Part shown: in pieces, positions 30,249 through 39,449 of the stretch
How the letters are laid out: the number at the start of each line of letters is the position of its first letter
Position numbering within the stretch: position 1 is the stretch's first letter
NCBI GenBank assembly: GCA_017628875.1
Contig: JAGBYG010000017.1
Location: 14,622-78,621 of the forward strand
Length of the DNA stretch: 64,000 nt
Reading direction: 5' to 3'
Source of the DNA: Clostridia bacterium
Lineage (GTDB): Bacteria; Bacillota; Clostridia; Oscillospirales; CAG-272
The notes under the pieces: generated by a model
Seen by the model: only the letters and a program-made list of their open reading frames with translations
The model's database searches: none
What the model was told of the DNA's origin: nothing
Translations under genes and position numbers: made by a program

Positions 30249-30935
30249 TTATTTTTTGACATAATAAACCTTTAACGTATCAATACAAATACATCCGAGA
30301 ACACCGTTACTCCAAGCCCCCGTGTCCAAATGTATTTTATAATAATCCTTTATCGTTTTGGGTGGTATTTTACTATTTCTCCTATAGCCCAGCACTTTGC
30401 TCTTACCACAAATAGAATCAGTTGGAGTATGACCAAAAAACACGCATTGTGGACTATTGTGAGCTACATTGGGATCTTTAAATCTGCGATCGTGGACTAA
30501 TTCCTCCACACTCACTTCAGAAAGTGAAAGCAGCCGCTGATGCTCATCAAGAGGTATGCCCGCGTGTACACAAATAAAATCGTCACTTTCTATGTAGGCG
30601 GGTAAAGCATCAAACCAATCAACCAAATCCCAATCAAGAAGACACTCGTCATCAGAAAAATAAGCTTGTAATTTTTTTAACACTTCTTCAAAATCTGATG
30701 GCGATGTTTCTAAAATAGAATGATAATATTTCAAAAAAGCTAACTCGTGATTTCCAATAATACAATGAATATTAGAAAAAGACGAGATATACTTTGCAAG
30801 TTTTATCGAGCTATCGCCTTTATCGATAATATCACCGCAAATATACATCTCGTCTTGATTTGAAAAATTAATTTTCACGAGTAGCTTTCTGAACAATTCA
30901 TATTCACCATGAATATCAGAAACAAAATATCTCAT
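30249..30935 (-). CDS. PPP-family (lambda/PrpA-like) Ser/Thr protein phosphatase
   Basis: VSDIHGE, CGDIIDKGD and IGNHE motifs. Confidence 0.85.
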   Translation of the reverse strand: MRYFVSDIHGEYELFRKLLVKINFSNQDEMYICGDIIDKGDSSIKLAKYISSFSNIHCIIGNHELAFLKYYHSILETSPSDFEEVLKKLQAYFSDDECLLDWDLVDWFDALPAYIESDDFICVHAGIPLDEHQRLLSLSEVSVEELVHDRRFKDPNVAHNSPQCVFFGHTPTDSICGKSKVLGYRRNSKIPPKTIKDYYKIHLDTGAWSNGVLGCICIDTLKVYYVKK

Positions 30936-30969
30936 AAGGCACTATTATCCACTGCAAAATTAAATTTTT

Positions 30970-31896
30970 TTAAATATAATCAGCACATCGACTAGCCAAA
31001 GCCCTAACATCTGATACTCTAAGACTTCTACCAATCGCCTTGAAATTCCACGATTCGTTTTTCTTATATGCCATACCGATAACAATTGCAGTATCTCTAC
31101 CCATATTACCGTTTACGCGATATTGAATCAAAGTTTTCTTAGAGTCGGGATCATACAATTTGATGTAAAGATTTTTAACCTTATCAAGAGTCTGTCCACG
31201 GTCATCACAATTGTAAATGTTCAGAACAAACACTAACTTATCTCTCTGACGGGGAACTTTATTCAAATAAACCGAAATGTTTTCGTCATCGCCATCCTGA
31301 ATTCCACCCTCACCGGTCAAGTTATCACCGTGGTGGATTACACAACCGGACGAATGCTCTTTGTTGCTAAAATGCACGAGATCGTGCTCACAATTATTAG
31401 GAGACATAACAACAACAGAAGAATCAACGTCCATATTATGTTCACCCGGATCAGGATCCCAGCCAACACCAACCATAATCTTGGTCAAAGGTCTATCGTC
31501 AGCATACCTAATCTTAACCTCTTGACCCTGGGATAAGGTTACAGTACCTCCCGCTCTGCTTCCAACCTCAGATGCAGTAGGTAATGAATAGTCTATTTTA
31601 AGTGCATCACAATAAATACAATCGAATTGATATTTCATATTGCGTGCGCACTGATGCTTCTTCTTAGCGCAACTACAACCACCAACCTTGCGATTACCAC
31701 ATCTAGAACAAGCTATAAGATTTGCATTTGTTTCGAAAAAGCTCTGCTCTATTTCCGACGAAATAATTTTAGCTTCATCACTTGAAAGTTGAATCATATT
31801 AACAACCTTCCACGCAGAGCCGAATTTTTTAATTTCCAAACCAAAATATTGATTTGTCTTCTCGCAATATGCCTTCAAAAATTTACTTTCTGCCAT
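30970..31896 (-). CDS. TerD-domain protein with an N-terminal extension containing a Cys cluster (Zn-ribbon-like)
   Basis: CSRCGNRKVGGCSCAKKKHQC...CIYC, then VGVGWDPDP...DVDSSVVVM...GDNLTGEG...DDENISVYL...LVFVLNIYN (TerD fold). RBS AAAGGGG. Confidence 0.8.
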   Translation of the reverse strand: MAESKFLKAYCEKTNQYFGLEIKKFGSAWKVVNMIQLSSDEAKIISSEIEQSFFETNANLIACSRCGNRKVGGCSCAKKKHQCARNMKYQFDCIYCDALKIDYSLPTASEVGSRAGGTVTLSQGQEVKIRYADDRPLTKIMVGVGWDPDPGEHNMDVDSSVVVMSPNNCEHDLVHFSNKEHSSGCVIHHGDNLTGEGGIQDGDDENISVYLNKVPRQRDKLVFVLNIYNCDDRGQTLDKVKNLYIKLYDPDSKKTLIQYRVNGNMGRDTAIVIGMAYKKNESWNFKAIGRSLRVSDVRALASRCADYI

Positions 31897-32088
31897 TTTT
31901 ATACCCCTTTATTAGTTATTCTATTCTTATTTCTCAATATTAGTCAGACGAGTCGCATGATCTACAGCGAAACGTTCTGTTTGGGCACTATTCCATTTAT
32001 AATACCGCACTTAGTTAACAGCAAATATTTTTGTTATTTTAAAAGAATTGTTGTCCGGTTCAGACATATTCCCTCTCAATCAACAAAA

Positions 32089-33129
32089 TCAATACCCTAA
32101 AATTTGCACACTAACTCCATTAGAAATTAATTGCGATTTAAAACGCATAATACCTCGACGCGCCTCTAACAACAAATTTCTGCTTGAATTACACCTAACA
32201 TTAAACTCTTTGTTCCAAGTGCGTTCACCAACAAAATCTGAGTCCTTTAAACCAAAATAAGTATACGATACCCTTTCACCTGCAGAATCCCACGTTACAT
32301 CAATATGATAATTGTCGTGATCATCGTTCAGCTTAAGTATATTCCAAGCGTGATATGTGGTGGAGCCTTTCGTCTGTCCACAAACAATATCACAAGGAAT
32401 TCCCGCATAGTCCATCAATCGCTTAAATGCTTCTGCATAGCCTTGGCACACACACTTTTTCTTTATCAATGCACCATATGCACTTTGCATATAACTCTTT
32501 TCCAAGCTCGAAGCATCTTCTTTCAAAGTATAGTCAATTGTATGAGCCAAATAATTATGCGCCAAAAAAGCTTTCGTTTCATCACTCATTCCCGGCAAAA
32601 AAATCTGCTTTGCAATCCTTGAAATTTCAGCATTTGTCTCGTTTTCCATCATAGCCAATTTTACTTTTCCAATTCTATAATCAAAATAAAAATCATAAAA
32701 CGGAATCGGTGTAGCTGAACATTGTCCTTTTGCAATACTTGCACCCACATAGTTAGAATAAAAAGGAGCACTAACTATTGAGAACTTCTGATATTCAGAA
32801 TCAATATCAACACCGGGTTTGGCAAACAAAATCAAACGAGTTTTATAGTTTCCTATATACTGACACAAAATACTATGTACTTCTTCTGCACGTGATACAA
32901 CATAAATATCATTTTGTGAAACATCTTCGTTTTGGTATTTAACCTTAAAAAGTATTTTAGGCCCTCCCGAATATGTCATAGAAGCAGAAATTTCGGCCAA
33001 ATAATATACAATCTTTATATTTTGAGCAATCACATTATTTAGAATATTGGTATTAGCTCCAATTGCATCAATCATTATTTTTGTTTCAAAACGTTGCAAC
33101 GCTTTGAGTAATTCGGTTTCCCTACTCAT
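32089..33129 (-). CDS. Transglutaminase-like cysteine protease-fold protein
   Basis: Cys-His-Asp triad context: CVCQGYAEAF, TYHAWNILKL, HIDVTWD. Start set at ATG 33129 (GTGAGGA RBS). The track ORF starts at GTG 33141, abutting the upstream stop. Confidence 0.8.
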   Translation of the reverse strand: MSRETELLKALQRFETKIMIDAIGANTNILNNVIAQNIKIVYYLAEISASMTYSGGPKILFKVKYQNEDVSQNDIYVVSRAEEVHSILCQYIGNYKTRLILFAKPGVDIDSEYQKFSIVSAPFYSNYVGASIAKGQCSATPIPFYDFYFDYRIGKVKLAMMENETNAEISRIAKQIFLPGMSDETKAFLAHNYLAHTIDYTLKEDASSLEKSYMQSAYGALIKKKCVCQGYAEAFKRLMDYAGIPCDIVCGQTKGSTTYHAWNILKLNDDHDNYHIDVTWDSAGERVSYTYFGLKDSDFVGERTWNKEFNVRCNSSRNLLLEARRGIMRFKSQLISNGVSVQILGY

Positions 33130-33141
33130 TAATATCCTCAC

Positions 33142-34032
33142 TTAATATCTGGAGTATGGAACTCCCAACTCCTGTAATTTTCCAATTCTATCGTGTGTTT
33201 CAGGATGAGAAGCATATAATGCCTTCATCAATGAATTTTGAGGCATTCCTGTACCAATAGAATCAAGTGCAGCAGCTAACTCATAGCCATATCCGATTTC
33301 CATCGCATATTTGTCTGCAACATACTCATTGGCTCTCGAGGACCACATCAAAAAGAGCATACAAAACTTTGTCCATAACCAAACCATCGCAGAACAAATA
33401 ACACCCACTATAGTAAATGCACAACCACAGCCTCTTTTACCTTCATCTCGACTAAAGCTTAATACAGTTCCAATAGCAGTAATTATTCCTGATATCAATT
33501 TTACTACCATAAGCACAAAAGTAATAATAAAGTTACCGCCACCAATCAACAATTGAATATCAGTGTGATGACAAGCCAAATGCCCCATTTCGTGAGCTAA
33601 AATTCCCTCAATCATCTCATCAGGTAAATCAAACAAGCCTTCAGTCACACAAATCGTATGCCTTCCAAGAGCAAATGCGTTAGGATTGGGATCATACATT
33701 ACCTTGAGATTTATTATTCGAGTCATATCCGGTGTTTTAGCTAAAGCTTTGTTGTGTACACGTGTAATTATTGGAAGCATACGATTTCTCATATCAAGTC
33801 TTCTCATTTTACGTGCGCCCGACATAAGTCCTAAAATCCACTCTCCAATAGGGGAAAGTGCAAAAAAAGCTGAAAATAAATATATCGTAATAATAGCACT
33901 CAATGACGCGGAGCTAAATGAAGCGAATATTCCGATAACCATATACGCATTCAATAAGAAGAATATTATAGTTCCTATATTTGATACTCTAAATATTTTT
34001 TTAAAAAGACTTATTATATACAAAATTAACAC
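33142..34032 (-). CDS. M48-family (HtpX-like) membrane zinc metalloprotease
   Basis: HEMGHLACHH (HExxH), multiple TM helices and ASHPETHDRIGKL at the C-terminus. The start codon is uncertain (GTG 34032 or TTG 34023). Confidence 0.85.
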   Translation of the reverse strand: MLILYIISLFKKIFRVSNIGTIIFFLLNAYMVIGIFASFSSASLSAIITIYLFSAFFALSPIGEWILGLMSGARKMRRLDMRNRMLPIITRVHNKALAKTPDMTRIINLKVMYDPNPNAFALGRHTICVTEGLFDLPDEMIEGILAHEMGHLACHHTDIQLLIGGGNFIITFVLMVVKLISGIITAIGTVLSFSRDEGKRGCGCAFTIVGVICSAMVWLWTKFCMLFLMWSSRANEYVADKYAMEIGYGYELAAALDSIGTGMPQNSLMKALYASHPETHDRIGKLQELGVPYSRY

Positions 34033-34038
34033 CTCTTC

Positions 34039-35265
34039 TCATATCCGCGATTTTCTACGAAGGAGGGGTTCTCTTAAATAGCACATAACCTCTTCAGGAC
34101 GAAGCTCACGGAATATTTCCGGACGATAAATGGGTTTATTTACCTTTTGAAAGCTTACAGTAGTTGAATTGTACTTTTGGGGTGTAGCTACAACGCCACC
34201 GCTATTCAAAGACCTTGAAAAAGGATTCCAGCCCTTACGTCTGGTATAGGAGAAGCTTCTTTCTTGAACATCTCTGCTACCAAAGAAGGCCGACCAAAAC
34301 AATGCATTATTCTCCGATCCCTGTGTGAATACCAAGAATGATTTTGTCTTTTCAAGCAATTCGTTACCATTCTTTTCTATATATTTCGAAATATCCTCCA
34401 TCAAAATATAAACAGCGCAATCAATATCAAAGTTATATTCCATAAGAGCTTTTGCCACTTCATCTTGCATAAAATCCATATTGTTCAAAACAATGGACAT
34501 CGGGTGTTTACTCGCAGAACGTTCTGCACAAAAATTCACTGCATACATAACAGCGTTAAGCAAAAGTTCCCTTTTCTTTTTATCCTCGCTCGCATAACCA
34601 CTTATTATAGATACATTACCCTTTGTGAAAACCTCATCGCAGCTTTTGTCACCGGATAATACTCTACATACACCTGAGCTTTCCAGCTGAATCATATATG
34701 ACTCAAAATCCAAAAAATCGGAGTATGTCGTAGCATCGCTCAAAAATCTTAATCTTCTGTTTTTCTCAAAGTCATCTAAAGAAGACCTATTGACTGCATC
34801 AATAACATAGTCAAGATCGATTTTTGCAAGCTCCTTTAAAGTGTATGGTTTGCTTAATTTGTCAAACGTATCAATTGCATAATAGTAAAACCGATATGCC
34901 TTGTTACGTAAGGTTTCACTAATATCTGCCACATAACCAAAAAGCGTGACAATAAACGTCGCCTTGTCCTCAGGAGTATTAAATGCTGTTAAAATATCAA
35001 TCTGGTTATCCGAAGAGGATAAGCTAATATCATATATTCTTTTTTCAAACGGAGTGATCAGCGATTTCGTTTGAGAATACTTCTCTGAAGTGACCGCATC
35101 CTGAAAAATAAGCAACGTTCTGTTTTTATTCAGTTGATGTATAATAAGGTCTCTATAGGCTGTAATACGCCCCACGTTTTCTACACCGGAAATCATCATG
35201 TTTCCAAGCGATTTTGCAATATTATCAGCATCCATTCGCTCAAACAATTTGCAAATTATATTCAT
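34039..35265 (-). CDS. Hypothetical protein, possibly a degenerate P-loop (HerA/FtsK/VirD4-like) fold
   Basis: ISGVENVGRIT resembles a Walker A with K to R and T to I changes. The tail G...RRKGWNPF...IYRPEIFRELRPEEVMCYL recalls coupling-protein C-termini. The function call is weak. Confidence 0.45.
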   Translation of the reverse strand: MNIICKLFERMDADNIAKSLGNMMISGVENVGRITAYRDLIIHQLNKNRTLLIFQDAVTSEKYSQTKSLITPFEKRIYDISLSSSDNQIDILTAFNTPEDKATFIVTLFGYVADISETLRNKAYRFYYYAIDTFDKLSKPYTLKELAKIDLDYVIDAVNRSSLDDFEKNRRLRFLSDATTYSDFLDFESYMIQLESSGVCRVLSGDKSCDEVFTKGNVSIISGYASEDKKKRELLLNAVMYAVNFCAERSASKHPMSIVLNNMDFMQDEVAKALMEYNFDIDCAVYILMEDISKYIEKNGNELLEKTKSFLVFTQGSENNALFWSAFFGSRDVQERSFSYTRRKGWNPFSRSLNSGGVVATPQKYNSTTVSFQKVNKPIYRPEIFRELRPEEVMCYLREPLLRRKSRI

Positions 35266-35397
35266 AATGAAGTCCTTTCTATTATTTCATTAAACTAAGT
35301 TAGATAAATCAATTAAAGCAACTCAAAAAAGGTTGCAACTCTATTAAAAGATCAACCTCGGACAATCCGCCACATCAACCAAAAGTTGTTTTTATTG

Positions 35398-36345
35398 TTA
35401 TTTCAATCTTTCCAACGCTTTTATTGCTTCCTCATGACCTTGCTCGGCTGCCTTTGTATACCATTCTATAGCTTTTCTCTTACTAGGAAAAAATCCGTGA
35501 CCCTTCTCATAGCAAAATCCCAAACTATATTGTGCTTTTGATAAACCACCATTAGCAGCAATAGTATAATGTTCAATGGCCTTTTTAACGTTTTGGCTAA
35601 CGCCATAACCATTATAATAGCACTCAGCAATGGCATTTTCAGCGTCCAAGCTTCCTTGTGCTGCGGATTTTGTGAAATACTCAAATGCTTTTTCTTGATC
35701 AACTGCAACACCAATGCCTATGAGATAGCAAAAGCCCATATTAAATTCACCGGTAGCATTTCCTTGTTCTGCAGATTTTCCATACCAGAAAAATGCTTTT
35801 TCATTATTTTTTTCTATGCCTGTTCCAAAATAATAACAATCTCCCAGTTCGTTTTGCGCCTCAGAGTGTCCACCCTCGGCAGCTTTTTTATACCACAAAA
35901 CGGCAGTTGTTTGATTTTTATATGTACCCTTTCCGTAGAAATAGCAAAATCCCAAATTATATTGTGCTTGGCGAACATCGTGTTGTGCTGCTTTTTCAAA
36001 CCACAGCAATGCTTGTGAAAAATCTTGTGAAACCCCTATACCATAATAATAACAGTCTCCAACTTCGTTTTGGGCGGGGGGATATCCTCGTTTTGCACAT
36101 TCAAGCATTTTTTCAAAGCCTACACGTGGATTAGATTTAATCATATTCAAAGCATTATTGAAAATGTCTTCTAAATTCACCGTCTTATATGCATTAAGTA
36201 ATGAAGAAAAATTGCCGCTTGCATTATTCATTTGTGATTGTATATCAAAACCCAGCTCAATCCCGGGACAAGTCTCACCGCAAACCATACAAGCTCGATC
36301 ACCGTTCTTGTTGTTTGAGGAACAAATTGGACAAACCCAACCCAT
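35398..36345 (-). CDS. N-terminal zinc ribbon + Sel1-repeat protein
   Basis: MGWVCPICSSNNKNGDRACMVCGE, then about 6 Sel1 units (AQNEVGDCYYYGIGVSQDFSQALLWFEKAAQ and similar). RBS AGGAGG. Confidence 0.8.
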   Translation of the reverse strand: MGWVCPICSSNNKNGDRACMVCGETCPGIELGFDIQSQMNNASGNFSSLLNAYKTVNLEDIFNNALNMIKSNPRVGFEKMLECAKRGYPPAQNEVGDCYYYGIGVSQDFSQALLWFEKAAQHDVRQAQYNLGFCYFYGKGTYKNQTTAVLWYKKAAEGGHSEAQNELGDCYYFGTGIEKNNEKAFFWYGKSAEQGNATGEFNMGFCYLIGIGVAVDQEKAFEYFTKSAAQGSLDAENAIAECYYNGYGVSQNVKKAIEHYTIAANGGLSKAQYSLGFCYEKGHGFFPSKRKAIEWYTKAAEQGHEEAIKALERLK

Positions 36346-36354
36346 ATAAGCCTC

Positions 36355-37326
36355 CTACACTAATATGATTCGCCACAATAAAATACTGTTAGCAATTATT
36401 AAATAAATCAAAATAGGAATAAATCTATTATTATTTCTGTATATTGTCTTTCCTAAAAAAATCAATTCACCCAGTAATAGTGTTGAAGTGATGCATACAT
36501 TTATCCACATTAAATCATCACCCCAAACAACCGAGAGTACGTACGAAATGATTAAAGCAAAAATTCCCGGTATAATTTTGGATTCTTTAAAAAATGCTTT
36601 GCTACTTTCATCACTATTTCTTGAACATAGGGCGTAAATAAAAATCAACAATAAAACTACACCAATAAACGTGCTGAATACCGAGTCCTTACCACTTTGA
36701 AATGCAGAAGAAAACAAATTAACAATCGGAACTAACAACAACGAACAAACACCCAAAAGAAGTATTTGTGCTAATCGCTTATGCCAATTTGACTTTGCTT
36801 TAGGTGGTGTGGTTGTATATGATTTGGTATCAGGTGGTACTGTTTTAGATGGTACTGTTTTAGGGGGTACTGTTTCTGATTTAACCGAGGATGTTCCTTG
36901 CGATGTCGACGTACGAATCGGTTTCGGAGCAATATAATAAGCATCATTTGCTACATATTTAGCCCTAATTCTAGCAGACACAGGCAATGACGTACACTCA
37001 GCAAAAGCCTTCATTCCAATACTTTCAAGCTCACATTCAGATATGATGCTTTTTAAATTACAGCAACCGCTAAAAGCTTCTCTCGAAATCTTTCGCACCT
37101 TATCGTGCAAAGTAACAGAATAAATATCAGTTCTCCCTTTAAAAGCACCTTCACCGATCACATTAAACTCTTTTGGAATCACCACGTTACCGGTCAAGCG
37201 TAATTTTTGCACTCTCTTGTTGGTTAATGTGCAAATTTTGTCCGAAACGCGCTCATATTCACAAACGATACACTTGCTTTCGGATTCTTCATTGTTTGTA
37301 GAACATATTGGACAAACCCAAGACAT
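36355..37326 (-). CDS. N-terminal zinc ribbon + BspA-type LRR + Pro-rich linker + C-terminal multi-TM domain
   Basis: MSWVCPICSTNNEESESKCIVCEYER; IGEGAFKGRTDIYSVTLHDKVRKISREAFSGCCNLKSI; TVPPKTVPSKTVPPDT; about 4 TM helices. Start moved to ATG 37326 (GAAGGAGA RBS). Confidence 0.7.
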   Translation of the reverse strand: MSWVCPICSTNNEESESKCIVCEYERVSDKICTLTNKRVQKLRLTGNVVIPKEFNVIGEGAFKGRTDIYSVTLHDKVRKISREAFSGCCNLKSIISECELESIGMKAFAECTSLPVSARIRAKYVANDAYYIAPKPIRTSTSQGTSSVKSETVPPKTVPSKTVPPDTKSYTTTPPKAKSNWHKRLAQILLLGVCSLLLVPIVNLFSSAFQSGKDSVFSTFIGVVLLLIFIYALCSRNSDESSKAFFKESKIIPGIFALIISYVLSVVWGDDLMWINVCITSTLLLGELIFLGKTIYRNNNRFIPILIYLIIANSILLWRIILV

Positions 37327-37353
37327 ACTAATCTCCTTCACTGAATATAATTG

Positions 37354-37875
37354 TTAAAGTCTAATTGCCATTCGTAAAACAACCAACATATCAGCTTTAA
37401 TAAATTGACTCATGCCATCTGCTTTATAAAATGTATATCCCTTTATAGCGTTCATTTCTGTTCTCTCCGAACGAACAAATCCCTTGCTCTTTATAACGTC
37501 AACATCAAACTTGATGTTGTGCTCAGGCCAAGGCTTTGCAAACCCTTTCTTTTCACGCGATGTCTTCTTTCTTTGTGAAAGTTTAACGCGCTCTTTCGGT
37601 TCACGAGATTCACGCGGAGCTCTTTCGCTTGATATACTTTTAATTATGTTGCCAATTATTTTTCCAATTTTGATGAAAATTTTTATAATTGTTCGAAAGA
37701 ATCCCTTTACAGATTCTATAACAACAGCAAAATCAGAAAAGACAATTTTTCCTTCGATGACCTCCGGCTCTCGTTCTCTAACACGAGATTTTGTTGGGCG
37801 ATCATATCCACACACAACACAACAAGTGCTTTCTTCCTCGTTTGAACTTGAACAATTCGAACACACCCAACTCAT
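37354..37875 (-). CDS. N-terminal zinc ribbon + TM/amphipathic segment + basic linker + C-terminal PWPEH repeat domain
   Basis: MSWVCSNCSSSNEEESTCCVVCGYDRP. The C-terminal 63 aa (FAKPWPEHNIKFDVDVIKSKGFV...) match the kinase C-terminal repeats. Start at ATG 37875. Confidence 0.6.
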   Translation of the reverse strand: MSWVCSNCSSSNEEESTCCVVCGYDRPTKSRVREREPEVIEGKIVFSDFAVVIESVKGFFRTIIKIFIKIGKIIGNIIKSISSERAPRESREPKERVKLSQRKKTSREKKGFAKPWPEHNIKFDVDVIKSKGFVRSERTEMNAIKGYTFYKADGMSQFIKADMLVVLRMAIRL

Positions 37876-37898
37876 TATCAATTACCTCTCAATTTAAA

Positions 37899-39449
37899 TT
37901 AGATTTTACGAGCCATCTTTTGAACGATAATCATCTCGACACGAATAAACTGACGATTACCATTCGAACGAATAAATTCATATCCGTTAATTCCGTTCAT
38001 CGTCTTCTGAACAGTAGCTACGTATCCTTTGGTGATAATAGCAGCTGTATCAAATTCGATTTTATGCTCAGGCCAAGGTTCTGCAAATTCTGAAACAGAA
38101 TCCTCGACATCAACCACAGGATCACTAGTTGCTTTTTTCTTAGCATACTTCATTGCGATCAGCATTTCAACCTTAAAGAAAGTTGACTGTGCATCTGCAC
38201 GATAAAGCTTATATCCCTTTATTCCGCTTCGGGTTTCGTTTTCGCTGGATACAAAGCCTCGTGATTTGAGTTTATCAATATCAAACTCGATATTGTGTTC
38301 TTCCCAAGGTGCCGCAAATCCGGTGGGTGCCGCAACCTTTGCATATCCGGCAGAAAGCATTTCCTCCTTTGAAAGAATCTGCTTTTTACCATTTTTAAAC
38401 AAAATTTTATACTTATTTTGAGATCCGGATATTGTTTTTTCAAGCTTTGCAATTTGCGCTGCATTAATTGCAGATTTATTTAATACAATACCGTGTTCCG
38501 GGAACGGTTCCTCAAGAATTGGGTCTCCATCGGATGTTTCCGGTGCCTGCAGGCGCTTAAGAACCTCTAAAGCAGTGGGACGATCGTTAGGATCAATGCT
38601 AAGCATATCCGAGATAAGCGAAATGTACTTAACACTTGTGATTTCAGGACTAATCTGCAATTCACAACCGCTGTTCAGAACAACCCAAGGATAAATTACC
38701 TTACCCTTATCTTTACGCTTCTGCAGCTTCTCTGTCAAGGAGACGGGTTCAGGGAATGCTCCTACAAAATAGAAATGATAGATCAAACCAAGCGAGAAAA
38801 TATCTGTCTTCTCGGTAATATGCTTCTTCATTTCCTCTGCTTCGTCCTCTGAATCAACGTATCTACCCAATTCAGGAGAATAATAGTCTATTGTTCCAAT
38901 AATCTCATCGGGCTTATTGTCAGCGGGATAGCTGCTATCAAAGTCAAGCATTTTTGCAACGTAGTTACCCGCAGAATTTCTTACAAGAAGCAAATTTTCA
39001 AGCTTCAAATCGCTGTGAATAATGTGTTTGCTATGTACACTTAACAAAGCTCCGGCAGCTGTTTTCATTAAAAGCTTCTTCGTATCAAGAGAAAGACTTG
39101 CAAGAATACCAACCAATTCTCTTTTAGGAATAGCACCTTCTACAAATTCAGATACCTCTACATAGTTATTGCCATCAATAAACTCGTCACAAGGAATAAC
39201 GATATTACCACCCGGACCGGCAATAGGTCGAATGCGAGTATTTACTGTTTTTCTTAAAGTTACAAAATCTTCAAAAAGCTTTTTGTTATGAGCAAAAGTT
39301 TTTGCATCCAAAGTTCCATTATTAATAGGAGCAACAGGCGTTTGATATTTCTTTAAAAAATATTTTTTGCCTCCTTTAGTTGCAGTTGCTATTTTACCAC
39401 AGGTACTATTTTCCCAATCGCCTATTATTTCATATCCGTGTATCGTCAT
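37899..39449 (-). CDS. Ser/Thr protein kinase (Hanks-type) with three C-terminal PWPEH repeats
   Basis: KKYFLKKY (Lys), HSDLKLENLLL (catalytic loop), LDFDSS (DFG variant), GTIDYYSPE. RBS AGGAGGAA. 20-nt overlap with the PP2C gene. Confidence 0.85.
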   Translation of the reverse strand: MTIHGYEIIGDWENSTCGKIATATKGGKKYFLKKYQTPVAPINNGTLDAKTFAHNKKLFEDFVTLRKTVNTRIRPIAGPGGNIVIPCDEFIDGNNYVEVSEFVEGAIPKRELVGILASLSLDTKKLLMKTAAGALLSVHSKHIIHSDLKLENLLLVRNSAGNYVAKMLDFDSSYPADNKPDEIIGTIDYYSPELGRYVDSEDEAEEMKKHITEKTDIFSLGLIYHFYFVGAFPEPVSLTEKLQKRKDKGKVIYPWVVLNSGCELQISPEITSVKYISLISDMLSIDPNDRPTALEVLKRLQAPETSDGDPILEEPFPEHGIVLNKSAINAAQIAKLEKTISGSQNKYKILFKNGKKQILSKEEMLSAGYAKVAAPTGFAAPWEEHNIEFDIDKLKSRGFVSSENETRSGIKGYKLYRADAQSTFFKVEMLIAMKYAKKKATSDPVVDVEDSVSEFAEPWPEHKIEFDTAAIITKGYVATVQKTMNGINGYEFIRSNGNRQFIRVEMIIVQKMARKI

